Below are positions 18,477 through 28,164 of a stretch of 64,000 bases of DNA, one piece after another. Origin of the DNA: Phycisphaerales bacterium Planc_01 (lineage in GTDB: Bacteria > Planctomycetota > Phycisphaerae > Sedimentisphaerales > Anaerobacaceae); contig LVBB01000080.1 of NCBI GenBank assembly GCA_001603075.1, positions 39,108 through 103,107 of the forward strand. The letters run 5' to 3'. The position numbers and the translations under genes were made by a program. The stretch's first letter is position 1, and each line of letters begins with the position of its first letter. Under the pieces are notes generated by a model, which saw only the letters and a list, made by a program, of their open reading frames with translations, did not search any database and had not been told where the DNA came from.

Positions 18477-19189
18477 TGGGCGGGCTCCCCCGGCAGGATG
18501 GCAGCGAGCACCCAGTTCGTGTCGGGCTCGTTGATGTGCGGATTGAAGAACGGGACCTCGTGGCTCTGCACGGAGGCAAACACGGCGGTCATTGCGTCGA
18601 GGAACTCGGCGGATGGTTTCCATGCCGACCACAGGGCGAAGACGCCGCCCGGCCGCAGGCTCTCAGCCAGAGTCTGCAATCCGGCTACGCTGTAGAATCC
18701 CGCGTGTCGGGCGTCGAGCAAAGCGTCGGGCGAGTGGTCGATGTCCAGAAGGATCGCGTCGTATTGCGGTCGGTCCGACCGCGATGTCCACAGCGAGAAG
18801 AAGTCGTCCTCGACGAGCGAGCATCGGGGATCGTCGATCAGCGTCTCGGCCATCGGCACGAGGCGATTGCGATGCCATGCGATCACGGGGGCCAGTAGCT
18901 CGACGACGACCAGCCGGCGTATGCTCGGGGATTCCAGCGCGGCGGCGGCCGTATAGCCCAGGCCCAGCCCGCCGACGAGCACGTCGCGAGGCGGCGAATC
19001 CATCGCCTCGAACGCAAGCGTCACCAGCGCCCGCTCGCTGACGTTGACCGTGCTGGACATGAGCATCTCGTGGTCGAGCGTGACCTCGTAGACCCAGTCG
19101 TCCGCCACGGACGGCGACCGCCGGCGTCGCAGGACCAGTTCGCCCAGCGGAGTCTTCCGATAGTCCAGCTCTTCGAGTGTATGTGCCAT
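18473..19189 (-). CDS. Spermidine synthase-like SAM-dependent methyltransferase
   Basis: VLVGGLGLGYTA motif I, VVEL, YDAILLDIDHSP, L.PGGVFALWS. Confidence 0.85.
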   Translation of the reverse strand: MAHTLEELDYRKTPLGELVLRRRRSPSVADDWVYEVTLDHEMLMSSTVNVSERALVTLAFEAMDSPPRDVLVGGLGLGYTAAAALESPSIRRLVVVELLAPVIAWHRNRLVPMAETLIDDPRCSLVEDDFFSLWTSRSDRPQYDAILLDIDHSPDALLDARHAGFYSVAGLQTLAESLRPGGVFALWSAWKPSAEFLDAMTAVFASVQSHEVPFFNPHINEPDTNWVLAAILPGEPAQ

Positions 19190-19201
19190 GGCGGTCCTCG
19201 C

Positions 19202-20866
19202 CTACCCGATGGACAACGCAGCGGAGTCGCGGTCCCGATGCACGTCGGGATCGGCAGTGAAGGGCTGGTCGCTGACCTGCACGTGGCGGTTGCGGTCCTG
19301 GAAATAGCGCATTTGCCAGTCGTCGACGCACAGCAGCACGGGGTTGCCCTGGGCATCGGCGGCCAGGCAGGCCCCGCTGGGAACCAGCAGGTTCTCCCGC
19401 GACGACGCCGGATCGAGCCAGCGGGTCACCGTCCAGGAGGCGTTGCGGACCTGGGAGGCGACGCCGTACTCGCTTTCGAGCCGGTACTTGACGATCTCGA
19501 ACTGAAGTGGCCCGACCGCCCCCAGCAGCGGCGCCCGGCGGCCGGCCTCGGCCAGCTCGAACGACTGGATCACGCCTTCCTGGAGCAACTGAGCCAGCCC
19601 TTTGGCGAACCGCTTGAAGTCGGAGGTGACCGGATTCTCCAAATAGGCAAAACACTCCGGGGCAAAGCGCGGGATCTCGTCGTAGACGATGGTGGGGTCT
19701 TCGGTCAGGGTGTCGCCGATGGCGAAATGGGCGTTGCCGACGATGCCGACGACGTCGCCGGGCCAGGCCTCTTCGATGATCTCCCGCTCGCGTCCGAAGA
19801 GCTTGGCGGCGTTGGCCAGACGCACGGTCTTGCCGGTCCGCACATGGGTTACGGTCATATCGCGTTCGAACTTGCCGGAGACCACGCGGACGAAGGCGAT
19901 GCGGTCGCGGTGCCTGGGGTCCATGTTGGCCTGGATCTTGAACACGAAGCCGGAGAACGGCCGATGCGTCGGGGGGATCGGTCCGGCCTGGGTCATGCGC
20001 GGGCCGGGCGCGGCCGAATGTTCGAGGAACCCGTCGAGCAGAAGCTGCACGCCGAAGTTGTTGATCGCACTTCCGAAGTACACCGGCGTGGTCCGTCCGG
20101 CGAGCACCTCGGCCGGGTCGAAGGCGGCGCCGGCGCCTTCGAGCATCTCGATCTCCTCGCACGTGGTGCGATAGACGTCGTCGTCGTTGAGGCGGTCCCG
20201 CACGAGCGGGTCGGACAGGCCCGTCGTCAGCACGGGCGCCCGATAGGCCCCGCCGCCCGTGCGTTCGTAGAGGTGGGCCATCCGCGTACGCCGGTCCCAG
20301 ACGCCTTTGAATCCGACGCCGGTTCCCAGCGGCCAGTTCATCGGGTACGCCGCGATGCCCAGGACGCTCTCCAGTTCGTCCAGCAGCGTCAGCGGGTCGA
20401 GCGTCGGGCGGTCGAGCTTGTTCATGAACGTGAAGATCGGCACGCCCCGTCGTCGGCAGACCTCGAAGAGCTTTCGGGTCTGGCTCTCAATGCCTTTGCC
20501 CGCGTCGATGACCATGACCGCCGCATCGACCGCCGTCAGGACGCGGTAGGTGTCCTCGGAGAAGTCCTTGTGGCCCGGCGTGTCGAGCAGGTTGATCCGG
20601 TAGCCGCGATAGTCGAACTGGAGCACGGTCGAGCTGATCGAGATGCCGCGCTGCTTCTCCAGCTCCATCCAGTCGCTGGTGGTGGCGCGGAGGTTCTTCC
20701 TGGCGGTGACCGAGCCGGCCAGTTGCAGCGCCCCGCCGTAGAGCAGGAACTTCTCGGTCAGCGTGGTCTTGCCCGCGTCCGGGTGGGAGACGATGGCGAA
20801 GGTTCGCCGTCGGGCGATCTGGTCGCGTCCGAGACGGTCGGTTGTCACAAGAGCGGCATTGTCCAT
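19202..20866 (-). CDS. prfC: Peptide chain release factor 3
   Basis: RRRTFAIVSHPDAGKTTLTEK, TTSDWMELEKQRGISI, DTPGHKDFSEDTYR, GAVGPLQFE. Confidence 0.97.
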   Translation of the reverse strand: MDNAALVTTDRLGRDQIARRRTFAIVSHPDAGKTTLTEKFLLYGGALQLAGSVTARKNLRATTSDWMELEKQRGISISSTVLQFDYRGYRINLLDTPGHKDFSEDTYRVLTAVDAAVMVIDAGKGIESQTRKLFEVCRRRGVPIFTFMNKLDRPTLDPLTLLDELESVLGIAAYPMNWPLGTGVGFKGVWDRRTRMAHLYERTGGGAYRAPVLTTGLSDPLVRDRLNDDDVYRTTCEEIEMLEGAGAAFDPAEVLAGRTTPVYFGSAINNFGVQLLLDGFLEHSAAPGPRMTQAGPIPPTHRPFSGFVFKIQANMDPRHRDRIAFVRVVSGKFERDMTVTHVRTGKTVRLANAAKLFGREREIIEEAWPGDVVGIVGNAHFAIGDTLTEDPTIVYDEIPRFAPECFAYLENPVTSDFKRFAKGLAQLLQEGVIQSFELAEAGRRAPLLGAVGPLQFEIVKYRLESEYGVASQVRNASWTVTRWLDPASSRENLLVPSGACLAADAQGNPVLLCVDDWQMRYFQDRNRHVQVSDQPFTADPDVHRDRDSAALSIG

Positions 20867-21036
20867 GAAAGCGATCCTTGGAGGGAAATCCTCATTGTTC
20901 GGATGGTCGGCAGGCGACGGGTCCGCCAGAGGCGGATCGGAGCGGCCGCAGATCAGGGTGGAGTGAGTCCGCAACCGAGCCGGATCGCCTCGGAGGGGCG
21001 GTTCAATCCTGATGGTGTCGCAGTCAACATGCCGCC

Positions 21037-21065
21037 ATCGTAGCAACGCCCGTGCAAAAGGTCAA
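21037..21065 (-). promoter_or_regulatory. sigma70-type promoter for prfC operon
   Basis: Minus strand TTGACC-17bp-TACGAT. Confidence 0.45.
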
Positions 21066-21139
21066 CCCCGAATCCACCCAGATCAGGCGTGAGGGGCGCT
21101 CTGCTGAATCAGACGGAAAATCATCGAAAAAGGACGCAC

Positions 21140-21157
21140 CGGTAACAAATCGGTAAC
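21140..21157 (+). promoter_or_regulatory. 11-bp-period direct repeat, putative OmpR-family binding site
   Basis: CGGTAAC-AAAT-CGGTAAC about 75 bp upstream of an operon containing two OmpR regulators. Confidence 0.5.
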
Positions 21158-21231
21158 GCACCAGCGGCATATTACGCTTGTGTCGAACGAACCGTCACTG
21201 CTAATTTGGTTCTTCTGAAAGGAGTGGAGCC

Positions 21232-24200
21232 ATGAAGAGAAAGCCATTCACCATCGTGTTGCTGGTGCTCGTCGGCGCCATCGCCGCGATTGCCCTGGCC
21301 AAGTCGGCGTCGGTCCTGCTGCGCGAGGGCCTGTACGCCGAGGAGGTCGAAGGCGATCTCGACGCCGCCATCGGCGTGTACCGGCAGATCGTCGCCGACG
21401 CCTCGGCGCCGCGCGAGCAGGTGGCCCAGGCCCTGTATCGCTTGGGTATGTGCCACATGAAGCGAAAGGACGAGCTGGAGGCCAGAGCGGCGTTCAGCAA
21501 GCTGGCGGCCGACTACGGCGACCAGACTCAGCTCATCGAGAAGGTCCGGCCTCTGCTGGAGGAACTGGGCAACGCCGATCCGGCGGCCCTGATGCCTCCC
21601 GGGACCGTGGCCTACGTCGAGATCGGCAGTCCGGGCAAACAGATCGAGACCATCCTGAACATGCTCAAGGACACGCCGTTCGAGAACCCGCTGGCCATGA
21701 TCGGGCACGGCGCGTCCGGCGACGCGATGGGGCCGCAGCAGATCATCAGCTCGCTTCTGAACCCGAGCATGATGGCCGAGTTCAAGAAGATTCGCAGCAT
21801 GGGCATCGGCATCACCGAAGTCACTCAGAGCAACCCGCCGACGATCGTCGCGCTGTACCCCGGCAAGAGCGACGCCCTGCGCGGGATCATTCAGATGGCG
21901 CTGGGCCTCGTCGGCCGCTCGGCGCCGGCGATCGAGGGGATGACCACGCTGACGTTCGGGGCCGGCGGGGGCGCGGCCTACGACGACACCGTGATCATCG
22001 TGGCTACCCCGAGCCCGAAGGGCGCCGAGTTGCTTCAATGGTCGGTCAAGCAGTATAAAGGTCTGATCAAAGAGCCGTCGCTGGCCTCCAGCAACAAGTC
22101 GTTCGCAAAGATCAGCAAGAAGGCCCGGCAGGACAACGTGCTGACCGTTTGGGTCAACGCCGACGAGGCCTACCAGGCCCTGCAGAAGATCCTCCCGGCC
22201 GACGCGATGCCGGCGCAGTTCCGCATGGCCGACGGGATGGCCGACTTCAAGAACATCGACGACGTGATCGCGTCGTTGTCGATCCGCCCGACGGGTCTGG
22301 CCCTGGACGCCAACGTGAACCTCAAGGAAGGGCACAACTGCCTTGCCTACAACCTGATTCGCACGCCCCCTCTGCGCATTGCCGCGCTGAACGCCTTGCC
22401 GTCGGACGCGATCGCGCTGTTCAGCGTGGCCCTGGGCGGGTCGAACACGCCGCAGGCCGCTGCGGTCAGTGAGCAGCTCAAGAATGCGACGGGCCTGGAC
22501 ATCGGTCCTCAACTGTTCGACAACATCGAGCAGATCACGCTGTTCGCCGTGCCGTTCCGCAAGCCCACTGAGCAGCTCAGCGAGGACATTCCGCCTCAGG
22601 TCAAGTCCTTCGGCCTGGCCATCACCAGCGTCGATGCCGGGCAGACCCACCGGATCCTCAGCTCGGCATTGCGTGCGATCAACGTGGTCATCGACGAGAC
22701 GCAGCCGGCCGGCGGGCGATTCGATTTCACCCTGCCCAATTACCAGAAGTTCTTCGGGTATATGGACGAGGCGAGCAAGACCACGGTCCTGTCGCTGAAT
22801 CCCAGTCTCGTCGAGGCGTCCGTCGCGGCGATGAAGCAGCCCGGCAGCGCGGTCAAGGGCGGGCCGCTGCAAGGGGCCCTGGAGACGCTGCCGGCCACGA
22901 CGAACAAGCTGGCAGCCGTCAACGTGGCCGGCGTGGTTCAGTTTGCGGCCGCGAACATGGAGCTTCCGGAAGGCGCGGTCGCGGACCGGGTCCGCGAAGC
23001 GCTCGCCCAACTGGCCCAGGCCTGCGCCAAGACCACGGTGCGCTTGCAGACCAGCGAAGAGGCCAACAGTTTCGGCGTCCGCCTGAGCATCGACGATCTG
23101 CCGCCGATCCCGCAGCTCATCGGCCCGATCTCCCAGATCACCGACGGCATGTCGCAGGTCCACGGTCGACACGACCAGTGGAGCGATATGCAGCCTGTGC
23201 TCTGGGCGGGTATCGCGCCGACCGACCGCGCGCCGGTCATCGACGGCAAGATCGACGAGGCGTGGGCCAAGGCCCAGGCGTACAAGCTGGAGCGTAGCTT
23301 CTACGATCCGGTCTCGGGTGATGCCGATTGCTCGGCGTGGTTCAAGACCCTCTACGACAAGGGCAATCTCTACGTCCTGGTCGAGGTTGCCGACGACGAC
23401 CTGCGCAGCGATTCGGCCGAGTTCTGGCTCGACGACGGCGTGGAGATCTTCCTCAGCGCCGACAACCGCCGATCGGGGGCCTATGGCGACAACGACTACC
23501 AGTACTACTTCCAATGGCACCGGACCTCGCCGGTCATGGGCGAGTCGAAACATGAAAAGACCGAGGGTGTGGAGTTCGCCTTCGCCGGGACCGACGCCGG
23601 CTACCGCCTGGAGGTCCGATTCCCCTGGGCCACCCTGGGCGCGACCCCGTCGCCCGGCACGACCATCGGGTTCGATGTGCAGGTCAACGACGACGACGGC
23701 GGCGGCGACCGCAACTCCAAGATCGCCTGGAACGCCGTGCAGGACGACGCCTGGCAGAACACCCGGGCCTTCGGCGTCGCCCAGCCGCTCGGACTGGTCG
23801 CCTGGTGGAAGCTCGACGAGAAGGACGGCAGGACCGCGGCAGACAGCTCCGGCAACGGTCGCCATGCGACTGTCCAGGGCGATCCGACGTGGCAGCCGAC
23901 CGGCGGCAAGATCGGCGGCGCAATCGCGCTCGGCGGCGACGGTGATTTCCTTGATGTTGCCGACGAATCCTCCTTCGACTTCATGGGCGGCGTCACCGTA
24001 GCCGCGTGGATCAATGTGAACCAATTCGAAAGGCCCTGGCAGGCCATCGTCACCAAGGGTGACAACGCATGGCGCATTCAGCGAAACAATGAAGCCAACA
24101 CGCTCGAATTTGCCTGTACGGGTCTCGATATCCCAGGCGGCAATGACTATGGCAGCCTCTTCGGGACGCGGGCCATTACGCCGGGTCAGTGGCATCACGT

Positions 24201-24420
24201 TGCCGGCGTCTTCGACGGTGCGAGGATGTCCCTCTATATCGACGGCGTCCTGGATGCGTCACAAGAAGCAACAGGTATTGTCAACACGAACGATGTCCGC
24301 GTTCAGATCGGGGCGAACACCGATATGCAGGATCGCTTTTGGAACGGGACGATCGATGAGGTCCGCCTCTACAATTATGGCCTCGACGCCGGGGAGATTG
24401 CGAGGCTGGCGGGCCGATGA
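21232..24420 (+). CDS. Large secreted multidomain protein: TPR-like + uncharacterised middle + CBM9-like + LamG/ConA-like
   Basis: Signal peptide; GLYAEEVEGDLDAAI..Y helical repeat; APVIDG..DEAW...YD..NLYV..EV.DD...DGVEIF...GFDVQVND (CBM9); LVAWWKLDE...WHHVAGVFDG...IDEVRLYN (LamG). Confidence 0.85.
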   Translation: MKRKPFTIVLLVLVGAIAAIALAKSASVLLREGLYAEEVEGDLDAAIGVYRQIVADASAPREQVAQALYRLGMCHMKRKDELEARAAFSKLAADYGDQTQLIEKVRPLLEELGNADPAALMPPGTVAYVEIGSPGKQIETILNMLKDTPFENPLAMIGHGASGDAMGPQQIISSLLNPSMMAEFKKIRSMGIGITEVTQSNPPTIVALYPGKSDALRGIIQMALGLVGRSAPAIEGMTTLTFGAGGGAAYDDTVIIVATPSPKGAELLQWSVKQYKGLIKEPSLASSNKSFAKISKKARQDNVLTVWVNADEAYQALQKILPADAMPAQFRMADGMADFKNIDDVIASLSIRPTGLALDANVNLKEGHNCLAYNLIRTPPLRIAALNALPSDAIALFSVALGGSNTPQAAAVSEQLKNATGLDIGPQLFDNIEQITLFAVPFRKPTEQLSEDIPPQVKSFGLAITSVDAGQTHRILSSALRAINVVIDETQPAGGRFDFTLPNYQKFFGYMDEASKTTVLSLNPSLVEASVAAMKQPGSAVKGGPLQGALETLPATTNKLAAVNVAGVVQFAAANMELPEGAVADRVREALAQLAQACAKTTVRLQTSEEANSFGVRLSIDDLPPIPQLIGPISQITDGMSQVHGRHDQWSDMQPVLWAGIAPTDRAPVIDGKIDEAWAKAQAYKLERSFYDPVSGDADCSAWFKTLYDKGNLYVLVEVADDDLRSDSAEFWLDDGVEIFLSADNRRSGAYGDNDYQYYFQWHRTSPVMGESKHEKTEGVEFAFAGTDAGYRLEVRFPWATLGATPSPGTTIGFDVQVNDDDGGGDRNSKIAWNAVQDDAWQNTRAFGVAQPLGLVAWWKLDEKDGRTAADSSGNGRHATVQGDPTWQPTGGKIGGAIALGGDGDFLDVADESSFDFMGGVTVAAWINVNQFERPWQAIVTKGDNAWRIQRNNEANTLEFACTGLDIPGGNDYGSLFGTRAITPGQWHHVAGVFDGARMSLYIDGVLDASQEATGIVNTNDVRVQIGANTDMQDRFWNGTIDEVRLYNYGLDAGEIARLAGR

Positions 24421-24448
24421 CGACGGATCTGAATGAACGAGGACACCT

Positions 24449-26518
24449 GTGCCCAAACGCCTGAAACTCAACGCGGATTCCGGCCAGTATCGGTGGGTGG
24501 TATCGCTGCTCGCGGTGGCAGTGGTGCTGCCCACCGTCTGTTTGCTCTGGTTCATGAACGAGGCAATCGACAACGAACGCTTCGTGATCCGCCAGAAGCT
24601 CGTCCTGTTCCATACCGACCAGCTCGAAAAGGCGCGGCGCGAGGCTGATGACGACTGGGCCCGGCGCTGCCGACGGATCGAGGACGACGAGGCTCATCCG
24701 TATCGTCGTCTGGCGGAGATCGTCGCCCAGGGCGGCTGCGATGCGGTGTTGATGTACGATCCATCGGGCCGGCGTCTGTATCCCGTCCTTTCGACCGAGG
24801 CCGACCGCACAGGCGGTCCGTCCGATGTTCTGGCTGACGCCTGGCAACTGGAATTCGTCGATCGCGACTATGCCGGGGCCGCCGAGCGCTACGAGCAGCA
24901 CGCGCTGTCGGCGTCGGGCTATCGTCGGCGTCTGGCCGAATGGGTTGGCAAGGCCCCACCTTTGGACGATCGCGGCTTGCTCGACGCCCTGATCGGACAG
25001 GCCCGCTGTCTGGCCAGGCTCGACCGGACGGCTGAGGCCATCGGCGTGTGCCGGCAGGTCGCCTTCAGTCCCTTGGCCGACGGCGCCGACGTCGGCGTCC
25101 TTTCGCGGATCGCCAACGCCCGGCTGCTCCTGCTCGGCTGGACGCGCGACCGGAGGCAATACGGCGAGCTGCTCGACGAGACGTTCTCGGGGCTCCTCGA
25201 CATGCTCTATCAGCCGAACCCGGCGGGTGTGGCACTGCCGGCCGATCAGAATCTCTTCCTGGCACGCAAAGCAATGGACATCGCCGGCCAAAGCCCGCAG
25301 CTCCAGTCGCGCCGGCTGCGGATCGGCGGCGTGCCGCTGGAACGACTGGTCGAATTCGAGGCACGATCTCTGGCGCTGGCCGACCGCTTTGCGGCATCGA
25401 GCGACTTGGACGCATGGGAGCCGGACCGATTGCAGCCGCTGGAAGCGGCGGACAACGACGTCTACGGCCTTCTTCACAGGTCCGAGCGTTCGGTCTGCTT
25501 TGCCCTGTTCTCGGGGCAGACGGTGCGTGCGGCGTTGGGGGAATTCATCGGCAGCTTTCAGACGGACGCCATCGAATGCCGCATCACGGACGACGCCGGC
25601 CGGCTGATCGTCGGACCGGACGAACCTCGGACCGAGCCGTTTGTCGCCGGACCGATCGGCGCGCACCTGCCCAACTGGCGGATCGAGCTGTTCTTCCGCG
25701 AAGGCGATGTGCTCGAACGGGCCGCCGGCGAACGCATTGCGATCTATACCTGGACGGGCACGCTCGTGATCGTGCTGATCCTTCTGTCAGGCGCCGTTGC
25801 CGCCCGGGCCATCGGCAAGCAGGTCAAACTCAACCGGCTCAAGAACGATTTCATCGCCACCGTGACCCACGAGCTCAAAACGCCCCTGGCCTCGATGCGC
25901 GTCCTCGTCGATACGCTGCTGGAGGGCCACTATCGGGACCCGCAGCAGGTGACGGACTATCTGCAACTGATCTCGAAGGAGAACGGCCGACTCAGCCGGC
26001 TGATCGACAACTTCCTGACCTTCTCGCGGATGGAGCGCAACAAGCAGGCGTTCCGCATGCGCCCGACCTCTCCGGCGGTGATCGCGCACAATGCCGCCGA
26101 GGCGGTCCACACCAAGTTCGACAGACCCTCCTGCCGCTTCGAGACGGAGATTCCTGAAGACCTTCCCGATGTGACGGCGGATCCCGATGCGATGGTCACG
26201 GTCCTGGTCAACCTGCTGGACAACGCCTACAAATACTCGCGCGACGAAAAGCACATCGTGCTGCGCGTCACGAGCGAGAACGGTTCGGTTCGCTTCGCCG
26301 TCTCGGACCACGGTGTGGGCATCCCGCGCCGGGCTCTCAAGCGAATCTTCAAGCGGTTCTATCAGGCCGACCGCACGCTGTCGCGCCGCGCCGAGGGCTG
26401 TGGCCTGGGCCTGAGCATCGCCCGGTTCATCATCGACGCCCACGGCGGAACGATTCGCGTCGAGAGCCGGCCGGGCCACGGAAGCACGTTCACCGTCACC
26501 CTGCCTGCGAAGGGCTGA
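24449..26518 (+). CDS. Membrane sensor histidine kinase with large periplasmic domain
   Basis: Two TM helices, H-box VTHELKTPL, N-box NLLDNAYKY, G boxes DHGVGI and GCGLGL. Confidence 0.93.
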   Translation: MPKRLKLNADSGQYRWVVSLLAVAVVLPTVCLLWFMNEAIDNERFVIRQKLVLFHTDQLEKARREADDDWARRCRRIEDDEAHPYRRLAEIVAQGGCDAVLMYDPSGRRLYPVLSTEADRTGGPSDVLADAWQLEFVDRDYAGAAERYEQHALSASGYRRRLAEWVGKAPPLDDRGLLDALIGQARCLARLDRTAEAIGVCRQVAFSPLADGADVGVLSRIANARLLLLGWTRDRRQYGELLDETFSGLLDMLYQPNPAGVALPADQNLFLARKAMDIAGQSPQLQSRRLRIGGVPLERLVEFEARSLALADRFAASSDLDAWEPDRLQPLEAADNDVYGLLHRSERSVCFALFSGQTVRAALGEFIGSFQTDAIECRITDDAGRLIVGPDEPRTEPFVAGPIGAHLPNWRIELFFREGDVLERAAGERIAIYTWTGTLVIVLILLSGAVAARAIGKQVKLNRLKNDFIATVTHELKTPLASMRVLVDTLLEGHYRDPQQVTDYLQLISKENGRLSRLIDNFLTFSRMERNKQAFRMRPTSPAVIAHNAAEAVHTKFDRPSCRFETEIPEDLPDVTADPDAMVTVLVNLLDNAYKYSRDEKHIVLRVTSENGSVRFAVSDHGVGIPRRALKRIFKRFYQADRTLSRRAEGCGLGLSIARFIIDAHGGTIRVESRPGHGSTFTVTLPAKG

Positions 26519-26542
26519 GCCGTGGGTGGAAAGGGAATCCCA

Positions 26543-27265
26543 ATGGCAACGGTACTGATTGTAGAAGACGATCCCGTGATGATGCGGGGTCTCGAAGACA
26601 ACTTCCGAATGACCGGCTTCGACGTGCTCACCGCGTGCGACGGTCCTCAGGGTCTGGAAACGACGTTGAAGGAGCGGCCCGATCTGGTTATTCTCGATAT
26701 CATGCTGCCTGGAATCAACGGCTATGAAGTCTGCTCGGGCATCCGGGAAAAGGACCTGGACATGCCGATCATCATGCTGACGGCCAAAGACCGTGACAGC
26801 GACGTTGTGCTGGGCCTCGACGTCGGCGCCGACGACTACGTCCGCAAGCCGTTCAGCATTCGCGAGCTGCTGGCGCGGGCCAACGCGTTCATGCGACGTC
26901 GCAGGATGTGCGAGCCGACGGTCTACGAGTTCGGCGACTGCCGCCTCGATGTGCGCGCCGCCACGTTCCAACGGCAGGGCCGGGACATTCCCCTGACGCC
27001 GGGGCAGTTCAGGATGCTGCGGCTGTTTTTGAGAAAGGCGGGCTGCCCGCTGGGCAAGGACGAGATCCGCACGGGCGTATGGGGATACTCGCACTTCATC
27101 TCCACAAGAGACATCGATAAGACGGTCGCGGCATTGAATGACAAGATCGGACCCGATCGAATGCATCCGCCTCTTATCCAAGCGGTTGGCCGGGCGGGAT
27201 ACCGATTTGACGCCGGAGTGTTGACGGGCATTGGGCCTGGAGAAACGACGAACTGTCACGTGTGA
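26543..27265 (+). CDS. OmpR-family response regulator (copy 1, diverged winged helix)
   Basis: VLIVEDD, DLVILDIMLPGING, IIMLTAK, GADDYV.KPFS. Confidence 0.92.
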   Translation: MATVLIVEDDPVMMRGLEDNFRMTGFDVLTACDGPQGLETTLKERPDLVILDIMLPGINGYEVCSGIREKDLDMPIIMLTAKDRDSDVVLGLDVGADDYVRKPFSIRELLARANAFMRRRRMCEPTVYEFGDCRLDVRAATFQRQGRDIPLTPGQFRMLRLFLRKAGCPLGKDEIRTGVWGYSHFISTRDIDKTVAALNDKIGPDRMHPPLIQAVGRAGYRFDAGVLTGIGPGETTNCHV

Positions 27266-27275
27266 CGTATCTGCT

Positions 27276-27956
27276 ATGGAAACCATCCTGATTGTGGAAG
27301 ACGACCCCACGATGTTGCGGGGTCTCAAGGACAACTTCGAGTTTCACAACTATCGCGTTCTGACGGCTGAGGACGGCGAGGCCGGTCTGAACGCGGCGTT
27401 GGATGCCCGGCCCGATCTGGTCCTGCTGGATCTGATGCTGCCGAAGATCAACGGCTACGAAGTCTGCCGGCTGATCCGCAAGGAGAAGCTCGAGATGCCC
27501 ATCATCATGCTTACCGCCAAAGGCGAGGAATCCGACATCGTTCTGGGCTTGAACCTCGGGGCCGACGACTACGTCACCAAGCCGTTCAGCATCAAGGAGC
27601 TGCTGGCCCGCGTCGAGGCATTCCTGCGACGGACGCGCTCGGCCGAGCCGGAGGTCTATCGGTTCGGCGACTGTACGCTGGACATCGCTGCCCGCAAGCT
27701 GACCCGTGGGTCGCAGGAGATCAAACTTTCGCCCAAGGAGTTCAAGCTGCTGGAGCTGTTCCTCAGAAAGCCGGGGCGGGCGCTGAGCCGCGATGAGATT
27801 CTCAATCTCGTCTGGGGTTACGATTCGATCTCCGGCCCGCGCACGATCGACCGCTTCGTCACCACCCTGCGCAACAAGATCGAGCCCGATCCCCACAACC
27901 CCGTCTACATCCACACCCTCCGCGAGATCGGCTACAAATTCGACCCACCCGTGTAG
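27276..27956 (+). CDS. OmpR-family response regulator (copy 2)
   Basis: ILIVEDD, DLVLLDLMLP, MLTAK, GADDYVTKPFS, RTIDRFVTTLRNKIE..P..P.YI.T....GY.F. Confidence 0.95.
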   Translation: METILIVEDDPTMLRGLKDNFEFHNYRVLTAEDGEAGLNAALDARPDLVLLDLMLPKINGYEVCRLIRKEKLEMPIIMLTAKGEESDIVLGLNLGADDYVTKPFSIKELLARVEAFLRRTRSAEPEVYRFGDCTLDIAARKLTRGSQEIKLSPKEFKLLELFLRKPGRALSRDEILNLVWGYDSISGPRTIDRFVTTLRNKIEPDPHNPVYIHTLREIGYKFDPPV

Positions 27957-28113
27957 CCCGGCGGCGCCGTGGACCCTTCCGGCAGTCTTGGCATCTGCCG
28001 CGTCTCATCGGTCCCCTTGACAGGGAGATGTCTCCCATATCGCCATTGATTTCTCCAGTCAGTGCTGCTATCGTTACGTCGTTACGCTATTCAGTGAAAC
28101 ACGGGAGCTATGC

Positions 28114-28164
28114 ATGGGCGAAACGGAGCAGACAGTACAGTGGGTACTCTCGATGCTGAAATAG
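28114..28164 (+). pseudogene. Possible C-terminal remnant of a HEPN protein overlapping the nucleotidyltransferase start
   Basis: Frame 1 reads ...ETRELCMGETEQTVQWVLSMLK*, resembling HEPN C-terminal helices; in-frame TGA at 28018 and no full-length ORF. Confidence 0.35.

Noticed and set aside
28072-28087. CGTTACG direct repeat resembling the GTAAC box at 21140
   Set aside because: The period is 8 bp, not one helical turn, so it is unlikely to be an OmpR-type site.
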